From: the human T2T-CHM13v2.0 reference genome, Homo sapiens
Direction: 5' to 3' (one strand)
Assembly: GCF_009914755.1 (NCBI RefSeq)
Contig: NC_060934.1
DNA length: 64,000 nucleotides
Shown here one piece after another: positions 1 to 50,476 of the stretch. The notes beneath the pieces are model-generated. The model ran no database searches. It had not been told where the DNA came from and saw only the letters and a list, made by a program, of their open reading frames with translations. The stretch's first letter is position 1; each line of letters begins with the position of its first letter. The position numbers and the translations under genes were made by a program.

Positions 1-45
1 ACGCCTGTAAGCCTAGCACTTTGGGTGGCCAAGGCGGGTGGATCA

Positions 46-306
<261 letters not shown>

Positions 307-520
307 TTATGTGCTACATATTTTCTTTTTTCATTTAATGGTATTAACTTGACCAGGCACAGTGGCTCATGCCTGTAATCCCAGCACTTTTTGAGGCCGA
401 GGCGGACGGATCATGAGGTCAGGAGTTTGAGACCAGCCTAACATGGTGAAACCCCATCTCTACTAAAAATACAAAAATTAGCCAGGCAGGGTGGTACGTG
501 CCTGTAATCCCAGCTACTCA

Positions 521-691
<171 letters not shown>

Positions 692-699
692 TCATCTGA

Positions 700-2010
700 T
701 TTATTCTTTTATATTGTAGAAAATATATATAAAACTTGCTATTTCCATCAGTTTCAGTTTACAATTCATTGGCATTAATTACACTCACAATGTTGTGCAG
801 CCGTCACCACCATCTATTTCCCAAACATTTTTATTACCCCAAATAGAAACTTAACATAATGGGGAGTTAACATTAACCAATAACTCCCCATTTCTCTCTC
901 CCCTCAGCCCCTTGTATGATTTTTTTTACTAGCTCTATAATTTCCATAGTGTAATATAGATATAACACAATTCATGTGCTCATTCTTAATATTTAAGATT
1001 GTTTCCTATTGAAGTCATAAATAATGCTAATATAAGCATCCTTGATCACATGTCCTTATTAATAATTTTTTTAATTTTTATTTTTAGTAGAGACGGGGTT
1101 TCACCATTTTGTGCCACCACGCCCGGCTAATTTTTGTATTTTTAGTAGAGACAGGGTTTCACCATATTGGCCAGGCTGGTCTCAAACTCCTGACCTTGTG
1201 ATCCACCCGCCTCGGCTTCCCAAAGTGCTGGGATTATAGGCATGAGCCACCATGCCCGGCCCCTTATTGCTAATTTTACTCTTGTATGAAAGATTTCTGA
1301 ACTTGGAATTTCTGGATTAAAGACCACGTGCATATTGCATTTTTATAGCTATTACCAGGTTGCTTCCCCAAAAGGTTACATCATTTATACTTCCACCAGC
1401 AGTGATTGAGAATTTCTACTTCCCTACCCTGTCATCAGCACTGAATATTATCAGTTTTATTTGTGCCAACTTGGTAAGTAAAAAATGATATTTTGTTTTT
1501 ATTTTTTGAGACAGGGTCTTGCTCTGTCACCCAGACTGGAGTGCAGTGGCACAATCACGGCTCACTGCAGCCTTGACCTTCGGGCTCAGGTGATCCTCCC
1601 ACCTCCGCCTCCCAAGTAGCTGGGACTATAGGCACACGCCACCACACCCAGCTAGTTTTTGTACTTTTAGTAGAAGTGGAGTTTCTCCATGTTGCCCAGG
1701 CTGGTCTTGAACTCCTGAGCTCAAGAAATCCACCACCTTGGCCTCCCAAAGTGCTAGGATTACGGATGTGAGCCATTGCACTCAGCCTTTTGTTGCTTTT
1801 ATTTCCTGGAGGCTGAACATTTGAATTTCCTGTCCTTCACTTCTTTTTTTAATTGAGTTGGGTTTGTTTTTCATGTCAATTTGTAGGAGTTCTTTGTATG
1901 GTAGGAATATTAACCCATTGCCTTTCATAGCATTACAATTATTTGCTCCTAATCTAGGCCAAATATTTCCCTTAATCTGTAGTTTATCTCTAAATTTCTT
2001 CATGGTGTCT
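700..2010 (-). mobile_element. Old L1M fragments (antisense) interrupted by Alus
   Basis: T-rich L1 reverse-strand blocks such as ACAATGTTGTGCAGCCGTCACCACC and TTTATACTTCCACCAGCAGTG. Confidence 0.55.
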
Positions 2011-2776
2011 TTCTTTGGATTTCTTTTTTAGTTGGTCTTGACACTCAATTTGGGAATTCATTTTCCCTGATTGGCAGCCCATGTACAAGGATGAAGAATA
2101 TAGAAAACAGGCAGCTGTCTTTGTTTCTTAAGCAGGGAGACAAGAAAAGATAAGGCTCAGGCTTTAGCTAGCCAGAAAAGAAAATAGTCTTCAGTTCAGA
2201 GCAAGAAAACCCTTTATTCTAGAAATGTTGGATTTGCTTAGCTGATGCATTCAGGATCCTGAGCAGGAATCCTGGGTACCAACTAGCTTCTGAACAGGTG
2301 CATCAGCCTCTCCGACACCCTAGTCCCAGCTTCATACTTTTCCTAAACAAAATCAGGCCCAGCCACTTCCAGCCTTGCCCTGAGCACCACCTGCAGGTCA
2401 TCTTTCTTCACAGCCTCCAGTGGCTGCCGCTGCTGTGCCTTTTCCCTCTGCTGTCTTGTTGGTGTTACTCTTTCCTCTTCCTGGACTTGGCAGACAGGCT
2501 GGTCATTGGAGACCTCAGGCCACCTGGTCATTGGAGTTTCCTGTGGTGGGAAAGGAGAATGCTGGAGGTGGTTATTGCAGTGGGCATGAGAAAAGGAGCA
2601 GGAAGGAGTGTATGAAAGCCAAGAAAGCAAAGGAGATGGGATTGGCAGATTTCCCTGAAGTTGGTTCCAGAGTAGCCAGAAGAGGAGGACATTTTAAAGA
2701 AGGGTTTAGGCTGCTCTTCTAGAAGAAAACTCCTGTCTCTTGCTCCTATGATCCAAGGTTTCAGGGATTATTTTAG

Positions 2777-3298
<522 letters not shown>

Positions 3299-4193
3299 TA
3301 AACCCCATTAATGGAGTCTCTCTGAATCTATTCTGGTTGGGGGATGGAAGGAGTGTCTGATTCAAAGTAATAATTTAAAAGACACCTTAACAAGAGAGAT
3401 TACTGAAAGAGAGGAAGAAATGGATCCCCAGGAGCCTTGTGAGATGGGAACAAGGCTACTATTCACTTATCTCTGAAATGCTACACAACACTGAGAAGGA
3501 CCTGGGTTTCCTATGTGGGCCCTGGTGGCCTGGGTAGGGACTGTCAGGCAGGGCTATGAGATAGAGGCCCTGAGAGTATGGGATTTTTTTGTGCTGATCG
3601 GGAGAAACGTGGAGAGGTGGTGTGATAGGAGGAGCTGGGTCACCCCATTTTATTATATGTCATGAAACTGGCTTCCTTCTGCATGACCTCTAAAGTAACT
3701 ACTCCCAGTGCTGAGTAGAAGGACACTGTAAATAGGACAAAGAAAGTCTTGATGTGGTGTCGGAGGCTAATGAGGACAGAAGAAAAAGAGGAAACATTCA
3801 CAATTAGTAAAAGACTTCTGGCTTATCATTGCAAGAGAAATGTTTGGGGGCCAGGCACAGTGGCTCACACCTGTAATCCCAGCACTTTGGGGGTCCAGGC
3901 AGGCAGATCACTTGAGCCCAGGAGTTCAAGACCAGCCTGGACAATATGGGGAAACCCCATGTCTATAAAAAATACAAAAATTCTCCTGGCATGTTAGCAC
4001 ACATCTGTAGTCCTAGCTACTAAGGAGGCTTAGGTAGGAGGATCACTTGAGCCCCAGAGGTCGAGGCAGCAGTGAGCCATGATTGCACCACTGCACCCCA
4101 GCCTGGGCGATAGAGCAAGACCCTGTCTATTTAAAAACAAAAAAAGAAAAAAAAAAGTTTAGGTTCTCAGCCATCCCCTGAGCTTTAGGCTCA

Positions 4194-4301
<108 letters not shown>

Positions 4302-5589
4302 TCAGGAGTTTGTGACCAGCCTGGCCAACATGGTGAAACCCCATCTCTACTAAAAATACAAAAATTGCTGGGTGTGGTGGCAGGCACCTGTAATCCCAGC
4401 TACTCAGGAGGCTGAGGCAGGAGAATTGCTTGAACCCAGGAGGCAGAGGTTGCAGTGATCCGAGATCATGCCACTGGACTCCATCTGGCCTGGATGACAG
4501 AGTGAGACTCTGTCTCAATTCAAAAGAAAGAGAGAGAAAAAATAACAACAATCTTATAATTCCTGTGACTAAAATTAGGGGGTGTTCCTGCATTACACCA
4601 TGCCACCTCTGGAGCAACTTTCTCTGTCACTCACAAAGCTTTTTCATATGCCTGCCCTTTCCCCCTACTTAGGCTCCCCCTTTAGAACTAAACAGCTCTG
4701 GAAAGGATCCTTCAGAGCAGACCTAGGGCAGGAGCTAGGCAAGACCCTTGATGGTGACAACTTATTTGGCTATTTCTCGTGGCTATTTAATACATGAATG
4801 GGAGCTGAGTTCCCTGCTTAATAGCATTTGTGTTCATTTCCAGCGTGGTGCCGGTTGTCTGACCTCTAGCTTCTCCCCTCTTATTCTGTACAGCTGAAAT
4901 TCTCCCTCCTGCCTACCCCCCAGCTAGTCAGCCTCCAGTCCTGTTTAGTTTATCTTTTTTCTCTCCTAATGCCTGTTAAGCTGGAAACAGGATTCTTGCT
5001 CGTCGTCATATTATTTTAAATAAGAATGAAACTAAAGAAGAGGTCTTTGGGCCAGGCATGGTAGCTCACACCTGTAATCCCAGCACTTTGGGAGGCCGAG
5101 GCTGGCAGATACCTGAGGTCGGGAGTTCGAGACCAGCCTGACCAACATGGAGAAACCCTGTCTCTACTAAAAATACAAAATTAGCCAGGCGTGGCGGCGC
5201 ATGCCTGTAATCCCAGCTACTCGGGAAGCCTCAGGCAGGAGAATCGCTTGAACCTAGGAGACGGAGGTTGCAGTGAGCCAGGATCTCACCATAGCACTCC
5301 AGCCTGCCAACAAGAGCGAAACTCCATCTCCAAAAAAAAAAAAAAAGTCTTCAATCTGCTGTAATGTGGCACTCAGATATGAGTATTGGCGGCAGTGAGT
5401 GTTCATTTCCTCCTCCTGCTCCCCTAATTCAGTTGCGCCTGAACACAAAACTCCAAAAGCAACCAGAGAGAGAAGCTGTGTTGAAAGATGAAAGGAGAAA
5501 AGGCCACAAGCTTTGGCCCTACCTGGTTCTTGTTCTGAGTCAAAAACTCTTGTTTCCAGGCCCCTCGTCTATGAAATTAGTAGATTTAT

Positions 5590-5735
5590 ACTAGTGATTC
5601 CCAGAGTATGGTCCCCTGCTCGGTGGTGTTTAACTTCAACTGGGGTCTTGTTAGAAACACAAATTCTCAGGCCCCACTCTGGGCATACAAAATCAAAACT
5701 TTGTGGTATGGGTCCAGCAATTGAGAACCACAGTT
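5590..5735. mobile_element. MER5-type hAT MITE remnant
   Basis: CTTGTTAGAAACACAAATTCTCAGGCCCCAC...TTGAGAACCAC resembles the MER5A core and end. Confidence 0.6.
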
Positions 5736-5863
5736 TTACCCAGTGGATTTTGTGTTGAGGAGCTCATTAAAACCAGTTATGGGGCCGGGTGCAGTGGCTC
5801 ACATCTGTAATCCCAGCACTTTGGGAGGCCGAGGCAGGTGGATCACCTGAGGTCAGGAGTTCA

Positions 5864-6105
<242 letters not shown>

Positions 6106-6236
6106 TCAGGTAGCTCAAGGAGCCACGGGTTAGGGAACTGAAGAGGAAAAACTGTCTCTCAAAGCTAGACAGGCTGCCTTACCTTTTATCTCTCTCCTCT
6201 CCACATCACTTAATCTTTCCTTTTTCGCTGGAGCAG

Positions 6237-37287
<31,051 letters not shown>

Positions 37288-37850
37288 GGCAGGTCACTCA
37301 GAGATCAGGACCAGTGCTTCCCACCAGGCTTTCCTTGACCCCACTTCTGGCTGTCCTGCGGGCCACAAGCTCTTCAGGCCAAGTCAGAGCTGCTGTTGCT
37401 GCCACTTGGATGGGGACCTGAAAAAGAGAATGTTGATAGCCCCAGCTAAGACCCCCAATCAGCTGTGGGACCTTTTTCCTCCTCTGCGCTCCATTCCTGG
37501 GGGTTCAGCCTGAGAGTGAACTCAGCTGTCATCTGCAGCCTCTGCCTCCAGCCCGGCAGCTCTGGGGAGGCATCCGTGTGCCGGCCCTGCAGTGCCTGCC
37601 CACGGTCAGGCATTGAAAACTAAGCCCAACCACTCTGCACTTTGTTTCCCACTCCCATTAGCCCTGGGCCACCTCCTCCAGTTCTTCCTCTTTTACTAAT
37701 TAGTTGGTCAGTTTGGAGAGTTGACTGGCACCATGGAGGGTAGGCAGGTGGGGGCTGGGTGGGGGACTGCCCACAGGAGCATGTACATATGGAAAAACAG
37801 AACAACAGTGGACTTTTTATGATATAATAAATGTCTTAGTACCAGCATCA
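37288..37850 (+). terminator. GBF1: GBF1 3' UTR with poly(A) signal
   Basis: AATAAA at 37826-37831, followed by pyrimidine/GT-rich sequence. The cleavage site is approximate. Confidence 0.8.
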
Positions 37851-38188
37851 TTGTCTCTCCCTCCGGTTTCCTTCTTGAGCTTGTGGGTCAGGGCACCATG
37901 TTATCGGGTGCGCAGGGCTTGGACTTGGTGTGAGCAGAGGCTGAGCCTACCTAACACCACCACCCCCCTCCCCCACCCCGCCAGATGCTAGGCCGGGGGT
38001 CAGGATTCCTTCACTGCTGCTGACCCCTGCCCTGCCACAGGGTGTACCCTTGTCATCACAGGTGTGCCCAGGGGCTTGGGCAGTGGCTCGGGCAGTTGTC
38101 GTAATCTTCCCTAACAACTGTAACAAGGGAGACACGTGAGACAACCTGGCCTAGGTGAGAGGGAAGAGGAGTGAGGGCTGAGTTGTAG

Positions 38189-38416
<228 letters not shown>

Positions 38417-38821
38417 TGAGACTAAGGTGTGCACCACCACACTTGGCTAATTTTTTGTGTAATTTTTATAAAGACAGGGTCTCACTATGTTGCCCAGACT
38501 GGTCTGGAACTCCTGGGCTAAAATGATCTTCCTGCCTAGGCCTCCCAAAGTGCTGAGATTACAGGCATGAGCCACTGCACCCAGCCCTGGGAAGGGTATC
38601 TTGCCCACAGCTGCAGTCATGGGTTTGGAGCCCAGGGCATTCATTTTGACCCCAAACTGAAAAGGGGTAACTTTTCCCAGCCCCACAAACCTCAAACCTC
38701 ACTCACTGCAGCATGATTAGAGGACCCCTCTTCTCCTTTCCCTTGGCATCAGGGTAAGACAGGTGGGAAGTGTGTATGGGGCAGGCTGTGTGGCCCCTGC
38801 AGGGTGGAGGTGCTATGGGTG

Positions 38822-39860
38822 TGTGATACTGTGAAATAGATATTTGGTCTTCACCCCGTTTCCTGGCATAACTCTTAAAATCCTTAGAATCTCCAAAGTG
38901 ATGTCCTTTAATATATGATTGACTGATAGCTGGCAGCCCCTATGTAGCTGCTGGATGGGGGCTGGTCACCAAAGCAGAATTAAAGGGTTGGGACTTTCAG
39001 GCTCAGCCCCCAACCTCCAGGGAGGGAAGAGGGACTGAAGGTTAAGTTGATCACCACTGTCCAATGGTTTAATCAACCGTGCCTATGTAAGGAAGCTTCT
39101 CTAAGAACCCAAAAGGGCAGGGTTTGGTGAGCTTCCAGAGAGCTGAACATGTAGGCTTACAGGAAGCCAAACGAGTGCATCCTTGTGCCCAGAGGGTGGC
39201 GCACCACAACTCCACGGGGACATCACTCCCGGGCTCTGGACCCTTTCAGACCTCACCCTATGTATGTCTTCATGGCTGGTTATTTGTATCCTTTATAATA
39301 TTCCCTGTAGTAAACTGGTAAGTGTGTTTCCTTGAGTTCTGTGAGCTACTCTAGCAAACTAGTTGAACCCAAACCCAAGAAGGGGGTCATGCGAAGCCCA
39401 ATTTATAGCTGGTCAGTAAGAAATACAGGAAAAACCACCTGAAACTTAACAATTGGCATCAGAAGTGGAGGCAATGACCGGGCACCATGGCACACACCTG
39501 TAATCCCAGCACTTTCAGAGGCGAGGCAGAAGGATCCCTTGAGGCCAAGAGTTCAAGACCAACCTGGGCAACATAGCGAGACCCTGTCTCTATTTAAAAA
39601 AAAAAAAAAAGCATTTTTGTAAAGAAGTAGAGTACAGTCCTGGGGAATGAGCCCTCAACCTATGGGACCTGGCACTATTTCCAATTAGATAGTGTCAGAA
39701 TTGAATTGGAGGCCACCCAGCTGGTGTCTACTATAGAGCTGATTGCTTGCCTGGTGTGTGGGGGTTTTCCCACACACACACATTTGGTCACAGAAGTCTT
39801 CTGTGTTGATTGTTTTTGAGTGAGAAAATAGAAACACTTTGAAGGTGTTTTCCCCTCTCA
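38822..39860 (+). mobile_element. MER21-like solo LTR interrupted by an Alu monomer (39477-39610)
   Basis: TGTGATA...CA termini, recognisable MER21-type blocks (GGGGCTGGTCACC, GGGTTGGGACTTTCAG, GAGTTCTGTGAGC, TAGTGTCAGAATTGAATTG), and near-matching GGGTG/TGGTG flanks. Confidence 0.7.
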
Positions 39861-40560
39861 TGGTGGGATACAAAATGCTGGGTATTAAGCTTTCCCAAGT
39901 GAAGCATCCACATCATCTTGGTTTCCACCTCCGCAATGGTGCCTTCCCTTCCCTGGGGCACAGAGAACAGTGTGGCCCTGTTGTACTTCCAGCTGGCCTC
40001 CATCACAGAGAGTTAGGGGCACTCACCCCCTGCACTGGGGCCCAGCTGGCAGTATGATTCTCCAGCACCAGGCTTCCCTTTGCTCAGCACATGCACATGG
40101 CTGGGCATTTGGACCTCTGCAACGCCTCCCTCAGTGTAGAAAAAGGCACCTCAGAGTGGGAACAACCTGAAGTGGAAAAATACTGATATGAAACCGGAAG
40201 CTCTTAGGCTAATTTCTCCCTCTTCCCTTCCTTCTTCCTGAAGTCCAGGCCATGCCTGGTTTGCATACTAACCAGAAGTCTTGCCCAACCCTGCCCCTGG
40301 GAAAATTAGGAGGGGCAGAAAGCTCTATGTGTGTGCAGAAAAGCCTGGATCTACAGCCAGCTAGATACTGGGGCATTTGGCTTCAACTGTGGTGTCTCTG
40401 TTCTCCCATCTGAGCCCCACAAGCTCTGCCTTTAGAAGCTTCCATGTGTTTCCCTATGGGAGAAATAGTGTTAACTGCTGCAAATAAGTCTGAAGGCCAT
40501 CCTATGAACAAAGAAATAGGACAGCTCTAATGTTCCTTATAAAACCAATCTCAAAAATTA

Positions 40561-41021
<461 letters not shown>

Positions 41022-41333
41022 CTATTTTTAAAAATATTTCAAAAATATATTTAAAAAACAAAAGACCAGCTGATATGCGTGATTTGTATTATGGACAATC
41101 TTGTCTCAGAAAGCAAAGGAAGCTGCAAGAGGAACTAATAAGTAAGCCTTAATCCTGACCAACAAAGAAGAATGGCTTGGTGATGTGGAAGTAACCAAAC
41201 CTTGGGGAAAAGTAATAACATAGTCTGGAGGGAAATGCTGGTCTTAATGACATCTCCCACCAGAAATCCAGGATAGCAGATAAAGTCAGGAGGAAAGGTA
41301 GAGATGGTTCCATGACCTAAGACCCTAACATAG

Positions 41334-41888
<555 letters not shown>

Positions 41889-42533
41889 TGAGCCACCGCA
41901 ACTGGCACTGGCTAATGTTTTGTACTTTTAGTAGAAATGGGGTGTCACCATGTTGGCCAGGCTGGTCTGAAACTCCTGGCCTCAGGTAACCCACCCACCT
42001 TGGCCTCCCGAAGTGCTGGGATTACAGGTGTGAGCCACTGCACCCGGCTGTTTTTGTTTTGTTTTTTGAGATAGGGTCTCCCCCTGTTGCCCAGGCTGGA
42101 GTGTAGTGGCACAATCACAGCTCACTGCAGCCTTGACCCCCAGGCTCAAGTGATCCTCCCACCTCAACCTTCAAACAACATTTTAGAGGCATTTTCTCCT
42201 CTTACAGATGAGGCTATAGGTTCAGAGGCCAAGTCATGGAATTTAGGGAGCTGGGAATCAAACCCAAGTCAGTGTCACTCTAAACCTTGTGTTCTTTGGT
42301 ATGACACTTTTTCCATTCAGAAGTAGTGATGGTGAGGCCAGGTGCAGTGGCTCACACACGTAATCCCAACACTTTGGGAGGCTGAGGTGGGCGGATCACC
42401 TGAGGTCAGGAGTTTGACACCAGCCTGGCTAATATGGCAAAACCCTATCTCCACTAATAATACAAAAATAAGCCGGGTGTGGTGGCTCACACCTGTGATC
42501 CCAACACTTTGGGAGGCCGAGGCAGGGGGATCA

Positions 42534-43035
<502 letters not shown>

Positions 43036-43292
43036 TCATGTGAAATAAAAGGCTAAGTACCTGAGGAAACAGGTTATTACCTAGTGAGCTCAGAGTTTAG
43101 TAGGAGTTTATAAAAACTGGAAACAGATGCCCACAACCAAGAAAAATATGTGAATTTTCTACACACATAATGATATGAGAAAGAACAAAATATAGAATGA
43201 GCTACAATGGGCATTCCTCCCTGCCCCGCCACCAAATAGAAAAAAATACTAGGAACAACAAAAGCTGTGGTTATTGGAGCCATGGGTATTTA

Positions 43293-43580
<288 letters not shown>

Positions 43581-43583
43581 TCA

Positions 43584-45684
<2,101 letters not shown>

Positions 45685-46396
45685 TAAGCCCAGATAGATG
45701 AGGCTCTAGCAAGTGACAAGCTATTTTGAGTTAGTTTAAATCTCCAGGCTAACATGCATTAGGAATTGTTGAATCTGACAGAGGGGCACACGAGGGCTCA
45801 TTATACTATTCTCTCCACTCTTCTTTTTTTGAGACAGCGTCTGTCTGTCACCTAGGCTGGATGGAATGCAGTGGCACGAACATGGCTCACAGCAGCCTCA
45901 ACTTCCTGGGCTCAAGCAATCCTCCCACCTTAGCCTTCCGAGTAGCTGGGACTACAGGCACTCACCATCACATGTGGCTAACTTAAGTAGACATGAGGTC
46001 TCCCTATGTTGCCCAGGCTGTTCTCAAACTCCTGAGGTCAAGTGATCTGCCTGCCTCAGCCTCCCAAAGTGAAAATCTTTGTATGTTTGAAATGTTCTCT
46101 AATAAAGGTCTTGTTTTGTTCATCTTTAGATAAATTACGCCTTAGACTGTTGTAACTAAAATAGCTCAACCCTTAGGGGTGCTTTTAGAGATGCTGTGGA
46201 GACTCAAAGAATCCGTGCTGATTTTGGTGGCAATTTATGAGCACTTTGAAAGGATAGATGTGATCAGTGGTAACCAGCACGGGTTTACTAAGCTAGAGTA
46301 TACCAAGATGAATTTACTCCATTATACATTTAATTTTTAATTTTTAATTTATTTATTTAGAGACCTAGTTATGAGACAGGCTAATTTTTGTATTTT

Positions 46397-47348
46397 TGTG
46401 GGGAAAAGCAAGAGAGATCAGATTGTTACTGTGTCTGTATAGAAAGAAGTAGACATAGGAGACTCCATTTTGTTCTGTACTAAGAAAAATTCTTCTGCCT
46501 TGAGATTCTGTTAATCTATGACCTTACCCCCAACCCCGTGCTCTCTGAAACATGTGCTGTGTCAAACTCAGGGTTAAATGGATTAAGGGTTGTGCAAGAT
46601 GTGCTTTGTTAAACAGATGCTTGAAGGCAGCATGCTCGTTAAGAGTCATCACCACTCCCTAATCTCAAGTACCCAGGGACACAAACACTGCGGAAGGCCG
46701 CAGGGACCTCTGTCTAGGAAAGCCAGGTATTGTCCAAGGTTTCTCCCCATGTGATAGTCTGAAATATGGCCTCGTGGGAAGGGAAAGACCTGACCGTCCC
46801 CCAGCCCGACACCCGTAAAGGGTCTGTGCTGAGGAGGATTAGTATAAGAGGAAGGAATGCCTCTTGCAGTTGAGACAAGAGGAAGGCATCTGTCTCCTGC
46901 CCGTCCCTGGGCAATGGAATGTCTCGGTATAAAACCCGATTGTACGTTCCATCTACTGAGATAGGGAAAAACCGCCTTAGGGCTGGAGGTGGGACATGCA
47001 GGCAGCAATACTGCTTTGTAAAGCATTGAGATGTTTATGTGTATGCATATCTAAAAGCACAGCACTTAATCCTTTACCTTGTCTATGATGCAAAGACCTT
47101 TGTTTGTCTGCTGACCCTCTCCCCACTATTGTCTTGTGACCATGACACATCCCCCTCTCAGAGAAACACCCATGAATGATCAATAAATACTAAGGGAACT
47201 CAGAGGCTGGCGGGATCCTCCATATGCTGAATGCTGGTTCCTCGAGTCCTTTCTCTATACTTTGTCTCTGTGTCTTTTTCTTTTCCAAGTCTCTCATTCC
47301 ACCTCACGAGAAACACCCACAGGTGTGGAGGGGCAACACACCCCTTCA
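46397..47348 (+). mobile_element. HERV-K(HML-2) solo LTR (LTR5_Hs/LTR5-type), 952 bp
   Basis: Begins TGTGGGGAAAAGCAAGAGAGATCAGATTGTTACTG and ends GGGGCAACACACCCCTTCA. TATAAAA at 46928-46934, AATAAA at 47182-47187. Flanked by ATTTT direct repeats (46392-46396, 47349-47353). Confidence 0.93.
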
Positions 47349-47639
47349 ATTTTTTGAGACGGGGTTTCACCATGTTGCCAAGGCTGGTCTCGAACTCCTG
47401 GGCTCAAGTGATCCACCAGCCTTGGCTTCCTGAAGTGCTGAAATTACAGGTGTGAGTCACCATGCCCGGCCTTAGTCCATTTTAATTTAAGGTTAGGAAT
47501 CTGACTTACCAGAGAAACGTAGTAGACAACATATCTGGATTTCAGCAAATTGTTTGGCAGAATCTTATGATATTTGTTTGAGAGGCCCACAGTAAGGTGG
47601 AAAGGGCTGCTTTGTTTTATATAAACTTAGGGGAGAAAG

Positions 47640-47800
47640 CTTCATCCTGGAGTCAACAGATTGGGTTTGAATCCTGGCTCTGTCCCTTTCTAGCTGTGTG
47701 TTTGGTTGTTACTCCACCTCTCTGAGCCTTAATTTCTTCATCAGTAAAAGTAATATTCACCTCCTAGGGTTGTTGGGAGGGAGAATAAGAACTTCTAAAG
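47640..47800 (+). mobile_element. MIR SINE (similar remnants at ~42195-42300, ~52700-52860, ~54770-54900, ~58650-58700, ~62360-62530)
   Basis: GGGTTTGAATCCTGGCTCTG...CTCTCTGAGCCTTAATTTCTTCATCAGTAAAA MIR core. Confidence 0.65.
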
Positions 47801-48270
47801 TACCCGAACCTAGCAACTAGGACACTATATTTGCAGGCAAGATGAAGAGGGGTGGGGAAGTAATAGGAAACAGCCCAAATCGAGAGCCATAATAGTCTCT
47901 CTTTACTTAGTGCCAGTGCAGGCCTGTGATTCTGTTCTTAAAAACGTCTGGGGCAAGCTGCAGGAAAGACCCGAGATAGCTTATGTTCTACCATAAGCCT
48001 AAGGGAGGAGGACTCCAGGCAGGGAGATTACTCATGGCACCTGCTAAGGAGAAACGCTACTGACCAGAGAGAGGTCCAGTCATGTACTCCGTGCTTGGTG
48101 AATTTCTGTCCTGACCTCGCTGCCTCTAGAAGTGTTCAGGTGGAAATTGGAAGGTCTATAAGAGGCAATTCGGCAGCATACAGTGGCTCACGTCTGTAAT
48201 CCAAAATCCAAGCATTTTGGAAGGCCAAAGTAGGAGGATCACTTAAGCCCAGGAGTTTAAGACCAGCCTA

Positions 48271-48498
<228 letters not shown>

Positions 48499-48545
48499 TC
48501 ACGACTGTAATTCCAACATTTTAGAAGGCGGAGGCCAGCGGATCA

Positions 48546-49458
<913 letters not shown>

Positions 49459-50049
49459 GGCCCTGAGCCCTGCTGGCAGGCGAGGTGTCGCGACCGGTCC
49501 CAGGTGGGTCGGGCGCGGAGAGAAGCCGCAACCAGAGCCGCCGCCACGGTGAGTGGCTGGATTCAGACCCCTGGGTGGCCGGGACAAGAGAAAAGAGGGA
49601 GGAGGGCCTTTAGCGGACAGCGCCTGGGGCTGGAGAGCAGCAGCTGCACACAGCCGGAAAGGGCGCGCAGGCGACGACACTCGGATCCACGTCGACACCG
49701 TTGTACAAAGATACGCGGACCCGTACGTACACCTGTACCTGTGCTGGCGCACACACGGCAGCGTCCGTGCAGTCGCACTCGCACACACATGCACACGGAG
49801 ACGTGCCCACCGGTGCACTGGTGCCTGCACCCACACCCTTCACGCACAAACTCAAGATACGCTCACCCGTGTCTGTACATCAAGACAGGCGCTGACACAC
49901 ACCCACACTGAGAAGCTCGGGATTCACCTATCTACACACATGCTCGCTTGCACACTCATGTTGACGCCATGGACACACAACATGCAACCAAGCACTACAG
50001 CCGAAACACACTTGTGGAGCTGTGATGGAGACACACTCTTGTATTAGGT

Positions 50050-50066
50050 GGGGGGGGGGGGGGGGG
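50050..50066 (+). repeat. G17 homopolymer in NFKB2 intron 1
   Basis: 17 consecutive G. Confidence 0.95.
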
Positions 50067-50476
50067 AGCGTGCAGAGATCTCCCTGTCGCCTGCGCGCCC
50101 AGAACCGGTGCGGTGTGGGACCAGCTGCTGTTGTGAGGTTTGGGAGAGAGAGAAAAGAGCCCACTCCGAGGAGGAGACACTTTTCCCGCAGCCCCAGAAT
50201 CGCGTTCTCGGGGCAGAACCCCGGGGCCTCCCACAGGAAAGAGCCCCCGCCTACAGGCTGTTCGAAGGGGAGGCCGTCCGACAGCAGGAATGTCCCCCCA
50301 AAAGCCCCCGGGGTTTATCAGCCGTGGCCTCCCTCCTGGCAGAAAATCCCAAGGTTGCTCCAGACCGGGGGAGGGGAGCGGGAGGCGGACTTGGCCCCAG
50401 ACTGCCAGCCTCCTCCCGGCCGTGAAAGACCCTCCTGTTCCCTGCCCTGGAGGGAGGAGGGGGCTTAACCCCCACC

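Noticed and set aside
2298-2722. Overlapping ~100-aa non-Alu ORFs in the GBF1 intron
   Set aside because: No homology recognised and no splice or promoter support.
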